Assembly (NCBI GenBank): GCA_051362555.1
Contig: CM120640.1
Span: 63,466,788 to 63,530,787, forward strand
DNA length: 64,000 nucleotides
Direction: 5' to 3'
Source of the DNA: Lingula anatina
Lineage: Eukaryota; Animalia; Brachiopoda
Shown: positions 36,651 to 51,000 of the stretch, one piece after another
How positions within the stretch are numbered: position 1 is the stretch's first letter
How the letters are laid out: each line of letters starts with the position of its first letter
The notes under the pieces: generated by a model
The model's database searches: none
The model's input: only the letters and a program-made list of their open reading frames with translations
Told to the model about the DNA's origin: nothing
Program-made: the position numbers and the translations under genes

Positions 36651-39600
36651 TCACAATTGTACTGTATGATAAACATTTTGCACTCTCCGTAATAAGCTGT
36701 CGCTATACTTGTGCATAGTTCTATCCACAATCCAGTTCTTGTCATCAGGATTGTCCCAATTTCTGTAGTGAAACAACATTGCAATTTCTTCTGGTACCAC
36801 GTGATCTTTATATCCTGGCATGTTCTTCCATACATAGTGAATCCCCACGATACGCGAGCGTTCTGTGATGACGAAATATTTTGAGCGAGAACGGGGCCTA
36901 CTCACTTTCTTCTCGCGCTTTGTTTTTAGCTGTGTTAAAAGATTAAATTCATTGATTGATTTGTTATTGGCAAGACTTTCGTCGTTCGGCCATTCTGCCT
37001 TAAAAAAGGCGTTTTTGAATAGAAATGAACCTACGTGTGGTTTCATTCCACCGAGACTTTGCACTAGTTTTTTCCAGGTCATATCAACTCGTGGCACGAT
37101 AAACTCATCCATATCCGTCATAACTGTGAAGTCAGCTTTATGCATATATCTGTTGAAGCAGTCATTCAGCGCCACCACTTGTCCATAGTAATGAATTTCC
37201 TCCCTCTGCCCCTTAACTGGGGGCCAAATATTAGCTTTGATAGGTAAAGGCCACTGAATGAGATCTGCAACACCTTGTTTGGTATAATGTTTTATTACTT
37301 TGGCAACTCGTGGACCTATGCTGTAGTTATAGAATGTAAAATGTTCAGCGCCCAACTCGCGGTTCATTTCAACCATCTCCACGAACTGATTAACATTATC
37401 GTATTGTAAACTCATTGGCGTTATGCAGACTGCAAATTCAAATTTCGGTTTGACTGGCAATTTTGTTGGTTTAGTATTAAGGACCTTCAGTACTCCACGT
37501 GCTGGAATATCACATTCATTGTAGGCAAGTGATGCGGCATATGGCAACAGTTGTGACGTCAGCGGGCAGTGGAAAGCATATCCATTAAACCTGTGAAACA
37601 AAAACAAAAATGTTTGAATTGTTAGTTATTAGAAAATACCTATATTTGCAAGCGAGGAGATTTTTTGAGACGCTTAACTTCTCTGAAACCACATGACCTT
37701 CAAGATCTTAAAAAAAAACAAACAAACAAAAAAAAAAAAAAACGGACGAATAGCATGTGACAGAGAGGGCTGCATTGATGCTATACTAGGGAATATGTTC
37801 TACCTTCAGGAAGCAGAGGATGGATTGTAACCCCCTCCCTATATAATACCTGGGAAGTGAAGCAAAGGCAAAATGTGTTATCCTTGTGCCCTCCCTCCCT
37901 CCCTCATGTCCCCACCCCTGGTCAATAAACCGGGTTCAATTACTGCATACGTACATGTACAGTCTCATCTAACTGTCCGTGATGACCGGATTTACAGGGG
38001 TGGGTGTCAAACATTTTTTACTCTGAACGCGACTTAATATCACATTGTAATAAACGATTTCCTGATTAAACAATGTTGGGGTGTTTCTGTTTAGTGATAA
38101 AGAATACGCCCATGATGCAGCTGACACAGGTGTTAAGAGGCTGAGAGGCTGGTGCCTAATAGTGTAAAATAATAATAATAATAATAATAATAATGATGAT
38201 GACAACGACGAGGACGATGATGCTTGATTCATCCCCGCTTTCTCATGAATAATTCAAACATGAAAATCGCTTTAAATGTGTATCAATTTCAGACATATGT
38301 ATATCGCGAGGTGACAGATTTAGGCAGATCAAATAAAATCCTGATTAATCAGTGAATGCAATGCTTGTCTCCTTTAATCCTCATTAAGTCTTTCCAAATA
38401 GCATATGTCCTTATGGTTTTTAAATAATGAGCTTAATACTCCTGCTCAGAAGGTACTTATATTAGTACAAAGTGAAAATACAAGAAATAGCAGTTCACTC
38501 GGTCTAAGCCGAAAGGAGAAAATTTTATGGGGGTTATTTTACTTTGGAAGTAGATAGACTGAAGTTCGATAAGCCCAGTGCACTGATGAAGAAGATATTA
38601 GATGTAAATCTTCATCATTTTGGACTGCCGTTATGTAGACGGATTTTGTATCATTGATTTCACAGCCAGATAACCACATTGTTCGAATACGATTGCACGC
38701 TGCAATAGAAAATTGCTGCAGCAAGCGTATTCTATTGATTCTGGTATTTGCAAATTTTAACAACTACTAAGGTGAAAATCAATAGTTATATAATTCCTTG
38801 TAGGTACATTGAACAGAGTAAGTATGGACATCAAAAGAATTACTCAAAAGGCACACATTTGGCTGGTAGTGTAAGGAGGAGCGTGCACTCAAGGTCTTAC
38901 AAGTGGCAACAGATCAACATTTTTTCCCTGTTGAATATTCTACATATGTAGTCTATCAATCTGGGTCAAAGTCAAATAAAAAAGACACCTCACCTTCACG
39001 CACTGATAAAACACACAGGCTTGACAACAACCATGTGCAGATATGGGAGGGGGAGGAGGGAGGGGGAGAGGGGGTTGGCGGATTATAACAAAATGTTTGG
39101 TGTGAGCTTGATCTCACAGCGATCTTAGTGCACATTGTTGGCGTGTATCAAGAATGACAACTCGCTATCGGAGCACACGTAAAGAGACCGATAACGGTTC
39201 AAAATGGAAACCTGTTACGTCTTACCCCAGCCCTCTCCCACAATGTAACGTCACAAACTGCCCTTTATCTGCAGAGCATATTTACAGAAAGATAAGAATT
39301 CGAAGTACAACCAAAGCTTTTGTTTATCATGTATCAAAAAACAATTATTTGCCCTTTTTTGTCAAGTTTGCCACCTTTATCAAACCTTGACTATATAAAC
39401 TGGTTCTTATGCTTATGTTTTAGTTCAAAACGTAATAGTTCAAACCCAAAGCTACATTGCCATACGGGAGACATCGATTTTCCTGAGGTCTACCTTGTGG
39501 ACCTCTGTACAAAGTAAGCTTACACGATCACGTCACATAAGTAACCCCCAAGTAGCGCAAGTTTACTTTTTTGAGGCCCAGCAAATCGGTATGATTTAAA

Positions 39601-40217
39601 GATTTCTAACATTTTCGTATCCCTATTAATTTTGAGCGAAATAAGCAAGGGCATATACATTACGGACTATACCTTCGCCCATGGCCTTCGGGATATTTCT
39701 CCAGTTTTCCGGGGATGATATTCAGGAAGACCGTTGCATTAGCATGTCCCCCTAAAGCGCTGCCTGTTGTGTTGTCCCTCCCTGCATTGTACCAAGCCTG
39801 GCAAAATCTCGGAAGTTTCCCCTTGGGGTCGCCTATAGATATGACGACAAGGACGCCATTCTTTCCAAGTCGGTCATCGACGAAGGCGGAAAAAGTATAG
39901 AAAGTCCCTTCTTCTCCAACAGGGAGGAAATCTTGACGATCGGGTGTGTCGAAAGGAGGCGGCGATAGCTTTGGGCATGACTTGTAGTCAGCACGACTGG
40001 GAATGACCGTCAATTTCTCCGTAGTACATTCTGTGGTCGTTGTTGTCGTTTCAGGAAGCTTGCCGTTTTTTACTATCTGCCGTGATTCTAAACCTGGTTG
40101 AACTATGTCTTTGATGTAAGGCTCAAGGTAATTAGCAGAAGGGTTGAAAAAATAATATATTATGAATAAATATAGCCCGATAATCCATACGAGCGTACGT
40201 TTAAGTCTTACTCTCAT
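36651..40217 (-). CDS. Glycosyltransferase family 92 paralog B, 2 exons, 494 aa
   Basis: Exons 40217-39673 and 37590-36651 join in frame; same intron position and phase and the same motifs as paralog A (FSAFVDDRLGKNG, DMDEFIVPRVD, RSKYF, HYRNW). Confidence 0.9.
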
Positions 40218-40416
40218 ACCTGCGCCAAGTGTTCGACATGCCTGATGTTGAATAGAGAGCTCTTTCCTTCGATCAGCTAAACCTTCATTATTATTGATCC
40301 ATTTTGTTATTTGCTTTGCGCTACGTTCTGTTTACACAGCACGAGATAAAAGATTTGAAGGTGGGAGGAAAACCTATAACAACAAAAGGGCAATTCTCCC
40401 TCAGAAATTATTTTTA

Positions 40417-42933
40417 TAGGGAGCCCGGGGCTAGTTGGCCCAGTTAGACACTTTTGGCCTTGTAGAGCCAACTAGGAATGGGTTAGAGTAACAAAACCGG
40501 TTTCAAAGTAAGCCCCATGAACTAAGCTACGTATGTAACGCCATTCTTTTACAAATATAATGCCAGATGGCTCACAATTTGACAAAAAACGCAGTTGACG
40601 TCAAGGGGGCCAACTTGCCCCGCCACGGGGCAAGTTGGCCCCAGGGTCGGGGCAAGTTGGCCCCCTATACGAAAATGAAGTAGGCCTATATATCCCATGT
40701 AAACGCCTTGAAATACATTTTTATACATTTTAATTTATTAAATTGATTTTTGAGAGTCTTTGATGAATAAATAGTTCAAATGAGGCAGATTAATTGAGGT
40801 TTCCGTACGTCACGTTGTGGGGGGGGGGGGGGTATGTGTTGCAAGAACCAAAAATCTATCAATAAAATTTGTTTTGTTTTAATTAAGAATAAATTAATAA
40901 TGTTATAAAGCAGGTTTTTAATGAATGAAAACGAATAATAAATTTACGTTTTAAAAGAAAGTAACAAATTCAGTTTTAAACCGTTGGGTTTGTTTCAACA
41001 ATGGGAGGGGTGGAAAATCCTCTTGGGGCCACATATAACACTATAAATACAATAAAATCACCTTACAATGAATTAAGGCAAAATAAATGTTTTTCTAAGG
41101 AAAGTCCAATGGATTATCTTTCCAATACATACAATCAACAGAACATTTCTAATACAAATTTTCGAAAAGACACCAGAGAGCAAATTTTTAAAAAATCAAT
41201 CAGACGGTAAACACCGGCAAGGTTTGTCAATTTCACCAACTTGTTTATTTCAAGAAGTTACAACTTCTTGTTTATTTCAAACAGCGTTGCGCGCAAAGGA
41301 TTGTGGGTAATATGAGGGTCCAACTTGCCCCGAGTCAAGGGGGCCAACTAGCCCCGGGTGCACATTATTTATTTTAAGGGATGGCAGCCATTTGTGGTGC
41401 TAGAATGAGCAACGATGATACATCTCTGTGAAACTTGAAACAATGAGCTTCAGTTTGATGCCCTATACAAATCTTATATTCGATCAAAAGCATATGAAAA
41501 TAGATTTTTAAATCTCTTAAACAAAATTACTTTTAGGTGCAAAAATAGTTTATTTGGACTCACCGCTTAATTAAAACTTTTTAACGGCCGACACTTCCTT
41601 AGCATTAATAATAATAATAATAAGATTCTTATATGGCGCCTTACATTCTATCTCAAGGCGCCTTACAATAAAGGCTAATATACTAAAATCATTAAAATGA
41701 CTACAATATTTTAATCATAAACTCTTATTGGAAACCATTTAAAATTTACACTACTAAAAATCAATCTTATTAAAAAAAAAAAAAAAACATATATATATTA
41801 AAATAAAATCTAAGAGATATAGACAGAATTAAAAAAGTGGGTCTTTAAAAGAGATTTAAAATTGTCAAAGTCTTCTGTTTTCCTAATAAAATTTGGTAGA
41901 CCATTCCACACTCTTGGGGCGTAGATTATAAAAGCACGATCTCCATAACTTTTTAGGCACCCCTTCTCTAAAACAGAATGTTCTAAAATAAAATCATTCT
42001 CAGTATTAAAACGTGTGGACCGCCGTGGTAAGTTAAAACAGATAAGATCAGATAAATATAATGGTCCTTGTGAATGGATCGCCTTAAAAATAATACAGAG
42101 TACTTTAAAATCAATCCTCTGCTTCACAGGCAGCCAGTGTAATTCTTTCAGAATGGGAGTGATATGGTGTGTACTATTGTACTTAATTTGACAAACCAGT
42201 CTTGCAGCTGAGTTTTGAATAACTTGTAACTTTTTAATCTGATAGTCACAAATACCAAAGAGGAGACTATTGCAGTAATCTAATCTTGATGATATAAATG
42301 CATGTACTAATTTTTCAGTGGTTTTGTTATCTAACACTTTCCTTATTTTTCCAATGCGCCATAGTGCATAAGATGCTGATTTACACACTTCAGATACACG
42401 CTTGCCCATAGTGCCATTTTCATCGAGGGTAACTCCCAGATCTTTTACAGAACTAGATGGTTTTATAAGAACATCTCCTATGCAAATGTTGGCATTTGCT
42501 ACATTTTTTCTATTTGCCTTGAACCTTGATGTAAACCATATCAACTCAGTCTTACTATCATTTAAAGCCAACATGTTCACTTTCATCCATTCTCGAATCT
42601 CTGCAAGACAAGTCTCCATAGAAGTGATTGTTGCAGACTGGCTGCTCTTGCATGTAATATATACTTGTGTCTCATCTGCAAAAATAACAGTGTTCAGACC
42701 ATGCTTTAGTATGATATCTTCTACAGGTAACATGTATAATGAGAATAGGATCGGACCTAACACAGACCCTTGTGGGACACCGTACTCCAAGTTAACTGGC
42801 TGAGATAAAACCATTGTAGGCTACGGTCACTTTACAAGTGTATGTGGCCAATTTCTTTACCTCGTAGTTACTTTTTCATAAAATGACGGGGGGCCAACTT
42901 ACCCCGGGGTCCAACTAGCCCCGGTCTCCCCTA
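40417..42933 (+). mobile_element. Non-autonomous Tc1/mariner-pogo-like element, full-length, interrupted by a LINE
   Basis: TA|gggagcccggggctagttggcc ... ggtccaactagccccggtctcccc|TA termini; same family as 17775-18655. Confidence 0.82.
41607..42811 (-). mobile_element. 5'-truncated non-LTR retrotransposon (L2/CR1-group LINE), C-terminal RT fragment
   Basis: ORF 41810..42814 has GVPQGSVLGPILFSLY, FADETQ (degenerate YADD), KDLGV, LVHAFISSRLDYCNSLL and ILKELHWLPV. 3' (TTA)n tail at 41607-41623. The insertion splits the host motif that is intact at 18521-18550. Confidence 0.93.
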
Positions 42934-45006
42934 TCACGCCATAGTCACCAATATGAGCCCATATTTGTCCGACGTATACACTAATTTTTAAGCTGTTCCC
43001 TCCCCTCAAGCTCTAACTCTTTACAGCGAGAACGAGCGCTTCGCACACACACATGTACACACGCACACATGTACACACACACACACACACACCTGCATAC
43101 GTACAAACAAACAAACAAACATGCACAACAAATTGGTACTGGTAATTTTAACCGTACACTATCCTCAAATAATCGATAATGTTACATACATGAACTACGC
43201 ACTCGTTTAAAACGCATAAGAACGTCACAACATAAGTAATGAAAGCATATCATTCAATCGTTCAATCAATGAACGTAAACCTTGTACTGGTAATTTGATT
43301 GGATAAGAACACACAAAAAATTCCATTTTATCTATATATTTGGAGAGTCCATAATTATCCATCTGTGTCACACTAGTGGCGCCTGAAGAAGTACGGTTAA
43401 ATTCTGAGTAGCAGGCCGTTGTCTCAGATTGGCTCCAAACGCATTACTTTGAGTGGATGTCAAAACAAGGCAGCCACTTGAATAAGATCCCTCTACGTTG
43501 TAAATGTTTGATAAAGCAAAATTCTGAATGTCACGGGATATGACACACTGCAGGTCGATAAAAACCTGCGACATATAAGCAAAAACGGGGAAAGTGATAT
43601 TATATTGAAGCTTTTTACTGTAAATATATTAAGAGTAGTTACCATGAAATATATGAAACTGAAAACAATGGCAATTTGTGTTCATCCTTCAAACACAAAG
43701 GGGTCATTAGCATGTAGTCGATGTAGAATACAATTGATTTTCGTCGTTAACCCTTTTTAGTGCACTTCTTTTAAGTAAATACAAAGAGATAAGAGTATGC
43801 AGGCCTACTAGCACCTATTATGTGTCAAAGATTTGTGCACGTCATCTCACCAACTGCGAAGTGTTTGCGTGCTCACGATAGTAATATGGTCTTTATGTAG
43901 ATATGATTTTACAGGGCCTATGGGCAGTTATAAAACTATTCTATATCACCTGTACACAATTACGATACCCAATAACAACGTCTTTCTAAAGAATCTTTCA
44001 TATATATGAATTCCCACTTCTGACGTGTGTAGGCCTACATAAAGGTAACTAAATGATATCAAGAAAGAAGACTGGAATATAGACTCTAACGTTTTGTTTA
44101 TACCTGTACATTTACATTTCTCATTGATGATCGGAACTATTTTCCCACATTTAGAAACACTGACGATTTACTCAAGGCGGATAATGCTTATGTTATAGTG
44201 AGGAATGACGACAGCAGTTTGGAGCTTTCGAACGTTTATTCACCGACTCTCTCTTCATACAACTTCACAAATATTTATACTCAATTTCTCCGTTCTGATC
44301 ACGCATTTACTTGTTTTCTTTTCCATTGTCTTTGCGTGATTACAAAATATTTTCCATTCGAATGTTGCAAGTCACCATGTAACATTTCCTTATTAGGTAA
44401 TCCCTAAGAGACTTGTTTTCAATTAAAGATATTTAAAATAATTTGGATTACTCATGCTAAGACCTTATCCAAAACTCAGTTATCATGTGGTAAATAGATG
44501 ATCAAAATTAAAATATGTTATGAAATTAACCAATCACATTAACTGTTTCTGACTTTGACCTTTTCCATCTTTTTCTGACACTAAAAACATGTTCTACGCT
44601 TGTTGACTCTTGGAGAAACTTAACTTACACTCAATAACTCTTTGTCCCTTTTACTCATTTGATTCCGCTTTAATTGTTTTCTGTAATTAGTGAAAGTGTA
44701 AGTAATTTGATTTACAACACTTATGTCATTATGTCTTAACCATTTGACCTGCAAAATTTTAGGACAAAATGCTTTCTCCTAATCTCAAATCTAGGCTACT
44801 TATCTTAACGTGCATATCTTGCAAAATGGGGGATAGGAATATTGGTTTTCTTTATGAGTTTCATATCACAAAAACGGTCCTTGTTTTATCATTTACGATG
44901 CAAATAAGATTCAAATAAACTTATCAATATTTTCCAAGTCCACTGACAAGGCTATAACACACTTTAAAAATCAAACTGGTCCTATAACGACACTTTTTTT
45001 GCTGCA

Positions 45007-48000
45007 CTACGTGCCTGTTGTAGCTCCGTTTAGAAAATCTTGGAGATTAGTGCTTTTAAATAAGGGCAGAAAAACCAGAATCCCAAAGGCGCAAATTATT
45101 GTTATTATAGCCATTAGTAAAGTAAAAAACCTGTCCAAGCCGGAGGCAACATCTTGCCAGTGTACAGCAGGGTTGTTTTCGTGAGTGTTTTTTGTTTCAG
45201 CATTGTTGTAAGAACGCTCGCCCTGATCAGTAAAAGCGATTTTTCGACCTTTTGGTTTTGATTGTATGGTCTTCACGTCCTGACCCAAGTCGATCTCTTC
45301 AGTGTCACTGATACGAAAGGGCAGTTTTGTCTGTTCGCTCTCTCCCAATTCATGGCCATGTTGTGTCAACGGGGCTATCTTCATTGGCGATTTGTCTCCA
45401 CTTCCGAGACACCATCTTTTACTTCTTCTTTGAAATATTTTCGCTATCCATGCAGGTGGGACACCGTTGTCTGCATGGTCATGGTGCAGTTTTAACACAA
45501 ACGCTGACATAACTATGGAAAATGAGCACATCACCATAATGATCGTCAGGTAGATACCTGGAAAACAACAACGGACATCATGACTTCAAACACAGGCTAA
45601 GGTTGCAGTTTTAAGATATCTGGCAACCCAATTATTAAGCGTTCACCATTGTTACTGAGTCTGTGATAAGTACATGTGCGGGGTCTTGAACTGCATCTTC
45701 AGTTTAGTTATAACAGGTCCTTGCAACTTGTGGATATCGATAATAGCTAGTGGTCGTGAATATAGCTAAGGGAGTAGGGTGGAATGAATGTTTGTTGGGC
45801 AGTACAGTACAACCTCCCGCTCCCACCCATAGCCTTTGGAAACCAACCACTTTTCTTTTGAAAAGGGTTACTGTGTGTAGGGGGAGGGACAAACGTTCAC
45901 AGTCCTACTCCCTGATAACGTAGTTAGCTGACTGTATTTCAAACCTTATCACTGCCATTGTAATTGAGATAAGTCGTATCATTCATAAAAAAGATAAAAT
46001 GACCAAATAAACACTAAATCTTTTTGCACTCACTTATCAAAGGAGGGAACTCTGAAGTCGCTGGTATATGGTCAGCAATCAGGAGAACAAAGACCGCAAA
46101 TGCCACAAGAACAGACATGCCCAAGGTCATTTTCTCTCCGCTCTGAACTGGCAGAATAAATATCACCAGACTCAGAAACGACAGCAGCAAGCATGGGCTG
46201 ACAACATGGAACCCATAGTAGAGAGACCCTCTGCGTAACTGCAGGTAAAAAGTAACATCAGGCCACGGCTCCGGACAGCAATCGTAGTAGATAACGTTTC
46301 GCCGGGCTACGGTGTCCACGATGTCCCATTCGCCGTTTTCCACGTACCCGCTCCCAAGCAAAACCTCGGTGGTTATGTTAAGAATGTCCATTAGGTACAT
46401 GTCCTGTGCCCATGAGCCGAATTTTAAATGGCAGATTTGATCATCAAAGGGAAAATATGAAAGGTCCATCTTGCAGGAACTCTTGGTGATGGTAGGGACA
46501 GGTGCGAACACCTCCCCGGTATAAGTTACCCAGCTAAGACCATTGTAGAGGGTCGTCAGGTTGTACCCAGAAACACTGAAATATACAGAGTCGCTGCAGG
46601 TCATGGTACTCTCCGATAATTGAGGCAGAAGGGATATTCAACAATCCGTTAGTTTTTGCCCACTATTTTTGTTATAAAGAGTCTAAAGATCCTTTGAATG
46701 GCTTATATCTTTTAGACCATTTTCTCTACTTGTGCTTTATGAAAACTGAGATCAACACGCATTTGCGTAAATTTTTTAATTGTAATGAAGAAAAGTTCAA
46801 TTATCTTATACATATGAATGTCTATATTTTGTTTTGCAAATAAAGCCACACAATGAAAAGAAGTGTGGTTGCCAAGAAGATTGATATCTACAAATGCTAT
46901 CAAAATTTTTCATTTATGGATTGACTTGAAGGCCTGATTATGAAAATTTTCACGCCAGTGAAACAGCTGTCTCTATTTTAGCCCGTATGTTTTATGTTAT
47001 CTATAACGTGAAATAACTGGCTTACCTGTTGTATAGGATAATATCTGGCGACCAGAGAAGATTCCTTGGGATGCGTGTAGTGGTAATGTTTCCATACTGT
47101 GTGGGATCCCACTGTAACTGCTCATCAAACCACCACTAACACAATTTAAAGATAAGTATACATGAAAATAAGCACAACGGGAACAGCAGCTACGATATAT
47201 AAAAAAATCATATTGACACAACAACCACAATTTATCAAAATATTATTTGGCAAGTCAGAAATAAAACTATTCATTTCCATTTCGGGTGCTCGTTTTGCAT
47301 ATCTCAGTCCCAATGTTTTTCGAAGCAGGTGGGTAGAGGAAGCCGAATGTCCTAATCAGAATCATTTAGTCAAGCTGAAACAAGAGCAATATCAATCCAT
47401 ATATTGGTACAGGACATCCTCTTTGATAAGTGACAGTGAACACTATGTCATTCAGTCGACTGGCGACACGAATAAGGCCAACTATGAATCCCTTTCTGTG
47501 CAGACATTTTGTGTCAAATAACGTGAAAATCAACATTTACCCATTTTCAAATACCAGTGTTGAGACTATAACAGAGGGTTGAGACATGGGTACTTTGAAA
47601 TGTGTTTTGAATCGAATTGGACATGAATATACTGTACATTTATTGCCAGGTACAAACAACAACAACGTAATACAACAATTTCTTAAGTATTAGCTTACCA
47701 TATCGACCCATGTGTTCAGCAACAGCGCCTCGTTCTTTTCGTCCTTAGAAATTTATATATTAAATAATATTTTATTCGGGTGTAAAACAGCAAAATAAAT
47801 TAATTTATATCATGGATATATCTCACATATGTAAAACAAACAAACAAAAAAAAATCAAAGACACATATTCAATGCTTGGTTTCTAAAATTCAAAAGAGCA
47901 GGGTACGTTTTGTTTGGTCGTTTAAGGGGACAGCTGAAATGTCGGACATTTAACGGGCCTTTATTTACCTACATGTGTAATTCTCTCATTATTACCATTC

Positions 48001-51000
48001 TGTATTCAACCGATTTTTAATTTTAAACAGAAAAAAATAGTTGGCATTTTGGATAGAAGAGAAGGATGTTGGGTACGCATGTACCAGATTCTTTGTCACA
48101 AAACATTAAGATCAAGTTGTACATCATACAAATGATGGCATCCTACGGACACTAGAATTCAATCAATTATCGACATTGTTACATTAATTATCCTTGAACT
48201 CCACTCGCATTCGATTTCAGCATTCATACAATTATATTTTCCCTGAGAAATATCAACGTGGTAATTAATTATTAAAACTCTTATCGTTTGCTCCTTAAAA
48301 TCAAATATTTCGTCGCTTTGTTCTTCAACCAAATAAGTGGTCGTTTTGTGACAATGACTTCAGAATATCGATAGTAATACAAACGGGATGGTAAAGGCAT
48401 TCTTACGATTTTGAATTGCATTTAATATTAGTGTACTTTCTTTGCTTTCTCTGTGTGTTGTATGTAAACTGTTTGCAAAGGAAAACTAACTGGAAGTAGA
48501 CCTCATAGAAACGGAATCCCGTATATTGAAAGTCGCCATAATATAGAGGATAGTTGTAATGAAAACATACAAACGAGAGAGAGGGAGAAAGAGAGAGAAA
48601 CGCCTTCTCTTACCACTTCCAGTATTTGGTATAATGTCAGGGACAGGCGTACTTCCAATGCGCGTGAATAGTTTTTCACGGGCCGAACCCACTTATTGTA
48701 TTGCTGCAGCAGATTGTTAAACAGGCGCTGTTCTATCCAATACTCATCGTTGGTGGTGTTGCCTGGAATGAAGTTCATTTTATAATTAGAAAAAACACTC
48801 ATCCTAATATGATTAAGAAATTATTTTTGCAATTATTTTTAAATAAAGCTAGTTTTGTAATTGACAAAAGATTTATAATCGAAATTAGATCCATCTATGC
48901 AAAAATCTTATTTCATCTCAGACTCCTAAAAAAGGTCCAGAGCTAAATTGTCTCCCATCGAGACCGAGAGTATTAATAAGTGTTAAGATATTGAAAATAC
49001 TTTATAACACGACTTGAGTAGAAATATCTGCTTTAGCACAAGATTCTAAGAATCTTAGCAGTCTAAGTTGTCTTTCAAAAAGAATATTAAAAACATCTTA
49101 TCTCGTTATAAAAAAAAAACAAACTAAAACTCATAGCGCATAGGATTTGGTTTAACAACAATGGCGTTATTAGGTATCTCAACTACATTCATTGTGGGCG
49201 CTTGAAAAACGCACAAGGCCAACAAAACAAAGTCGTCTGAACTTTTAAATGGGTACGAGACTGAACAAAATGGGCAGGGCTAGCAGTCTAAGCTAAATTT
49301 CAAAGTTTTGGACTTTTTATGAAACAAGCTGAGCTTTAGAATATATTTGCATGTACAGTATGGAGATCTGGGCGAGAGATGGTGCAGTTCACCTGTCCAA
49401 AAGGTCAACTTTCCTTTTTATTGTGTTATGATGGTTCTCTACAGAAGTGTGGGCTTGGAACTTTTTTCTAAGAACCAGAGTGGTATTTACTGCAAGGGAA
49501 ATCCAATGGCACTTATATTCAGGCGGTAGAGTCTAACAATTGTGCCAAAGTTGATAAAAGCATGAATCTTTCCATATGGTGAAAGACAATATATAGTGTG
49601 TTCGTTAATTCTGGATAGGGAGGCATCTCCGAAATTTAGAAGTATACGGGTGAGCCGTTTTGTTAAGATAAGTTGACTCAGCGTTTTTATGAACATTCAG
49701 ATTTCTCCGAAACAAGCACTACCAACGTAAATTACAATGTAATGGATAAAATAAATACATGTACAGTCATGTGCAGCACATGTATGAGGGCAAAGATGAC
49801 GACCCGGGGGCGGATTGAGGCCGTCTTCTGGGTCTTCTGGAAGACGGTCAGATTTTCAAGTTTACATTAACAGTTATCTAATTTTCTGTCGGAAGACGGT
49901 CAAAAATAGAGGATGGATCAACAAAGATGATTTGGAAGACTGTCAGAAAATATCTTTGGATCCGCCCCCGGGTCACGTCACTGGGTGATATTGGTTTTCG
50001 TCGGCCATTATCCTTAACTATCATTATCACCTTTTTTTGACATTCAAAAATAAAAGAAATAAAATATAAATAAATAGATAATTTATTAAAGGGGTATAAA
50101 TAGAAATAATGTAAAATAAATTTCAATTGCGGGCTAAGGCTGGGTTCCCATGCCTAGATCAATCCATCTGGATCGAGACTCCCTGGGGAGTCCCACTAGA
50201 TTGCTTTCAACTAACCGGCTTAAGTGTCTGTCTCGCCTACCGACATTAACATATTTCACTCGGTTGCTTAATGAACGCAACAAAACCACCCGGTCTACCT
50301 CTGATTTTCTTCCGGTAATTAAGTTACAAAATGTTGCATCCGTCTCAGTGCAAGTGAAAATCGAGATACTTGAAACTGATAACTCAAACAAGGCGTTGGG
50401 GTCTAAACAAGTACTGGTTAATCAAAACAATGAGATGCGATTTTTGTGAAACGACTTGTTAAGTGATGTGACTGTATCTAGCACGTTTAAGTTCATGAAT
50501 TTTTAATTTGTGTGATCTTTCATACACGGCCTAATAATTTTTCTCTCAGGCTATAATCTTCGATGTCATTAGCCCCATTCAGAATAGGGGACTAACTAGT
50601 CCGAGGGTCAAATACAAAGCTTGCCGTCTAAACCGCTAATAGACACTGAATAGATACATGTATCCCGTGGGGGAGTATTCAGGTGGGTCGGCCATATTTG
50701 GTTCTCGGACTAATTAAAGTAACACAGTTTTGTGTCTGTAAAAAGGGAGAAACCGCCGATAAACAATGGTGAATAAAATGTAATCATGAAATAAAACTGA
50801 AAAACACCCAATGGTCATTCATCGTAGAAAGTCTCATGCTTTTATCAACAATTCTTGAAAAAATAGACCTAACCTCCTATTACTAAAGTTATGAAGAGGT
50901 AGCAGGAATTAAAAAGAAAACGTTTTACAGAAATAAACGTTTTAAAACATATTTAATCCTACTCCATAGACTTTGAAATATCATTTATTTTGTTTTTACG

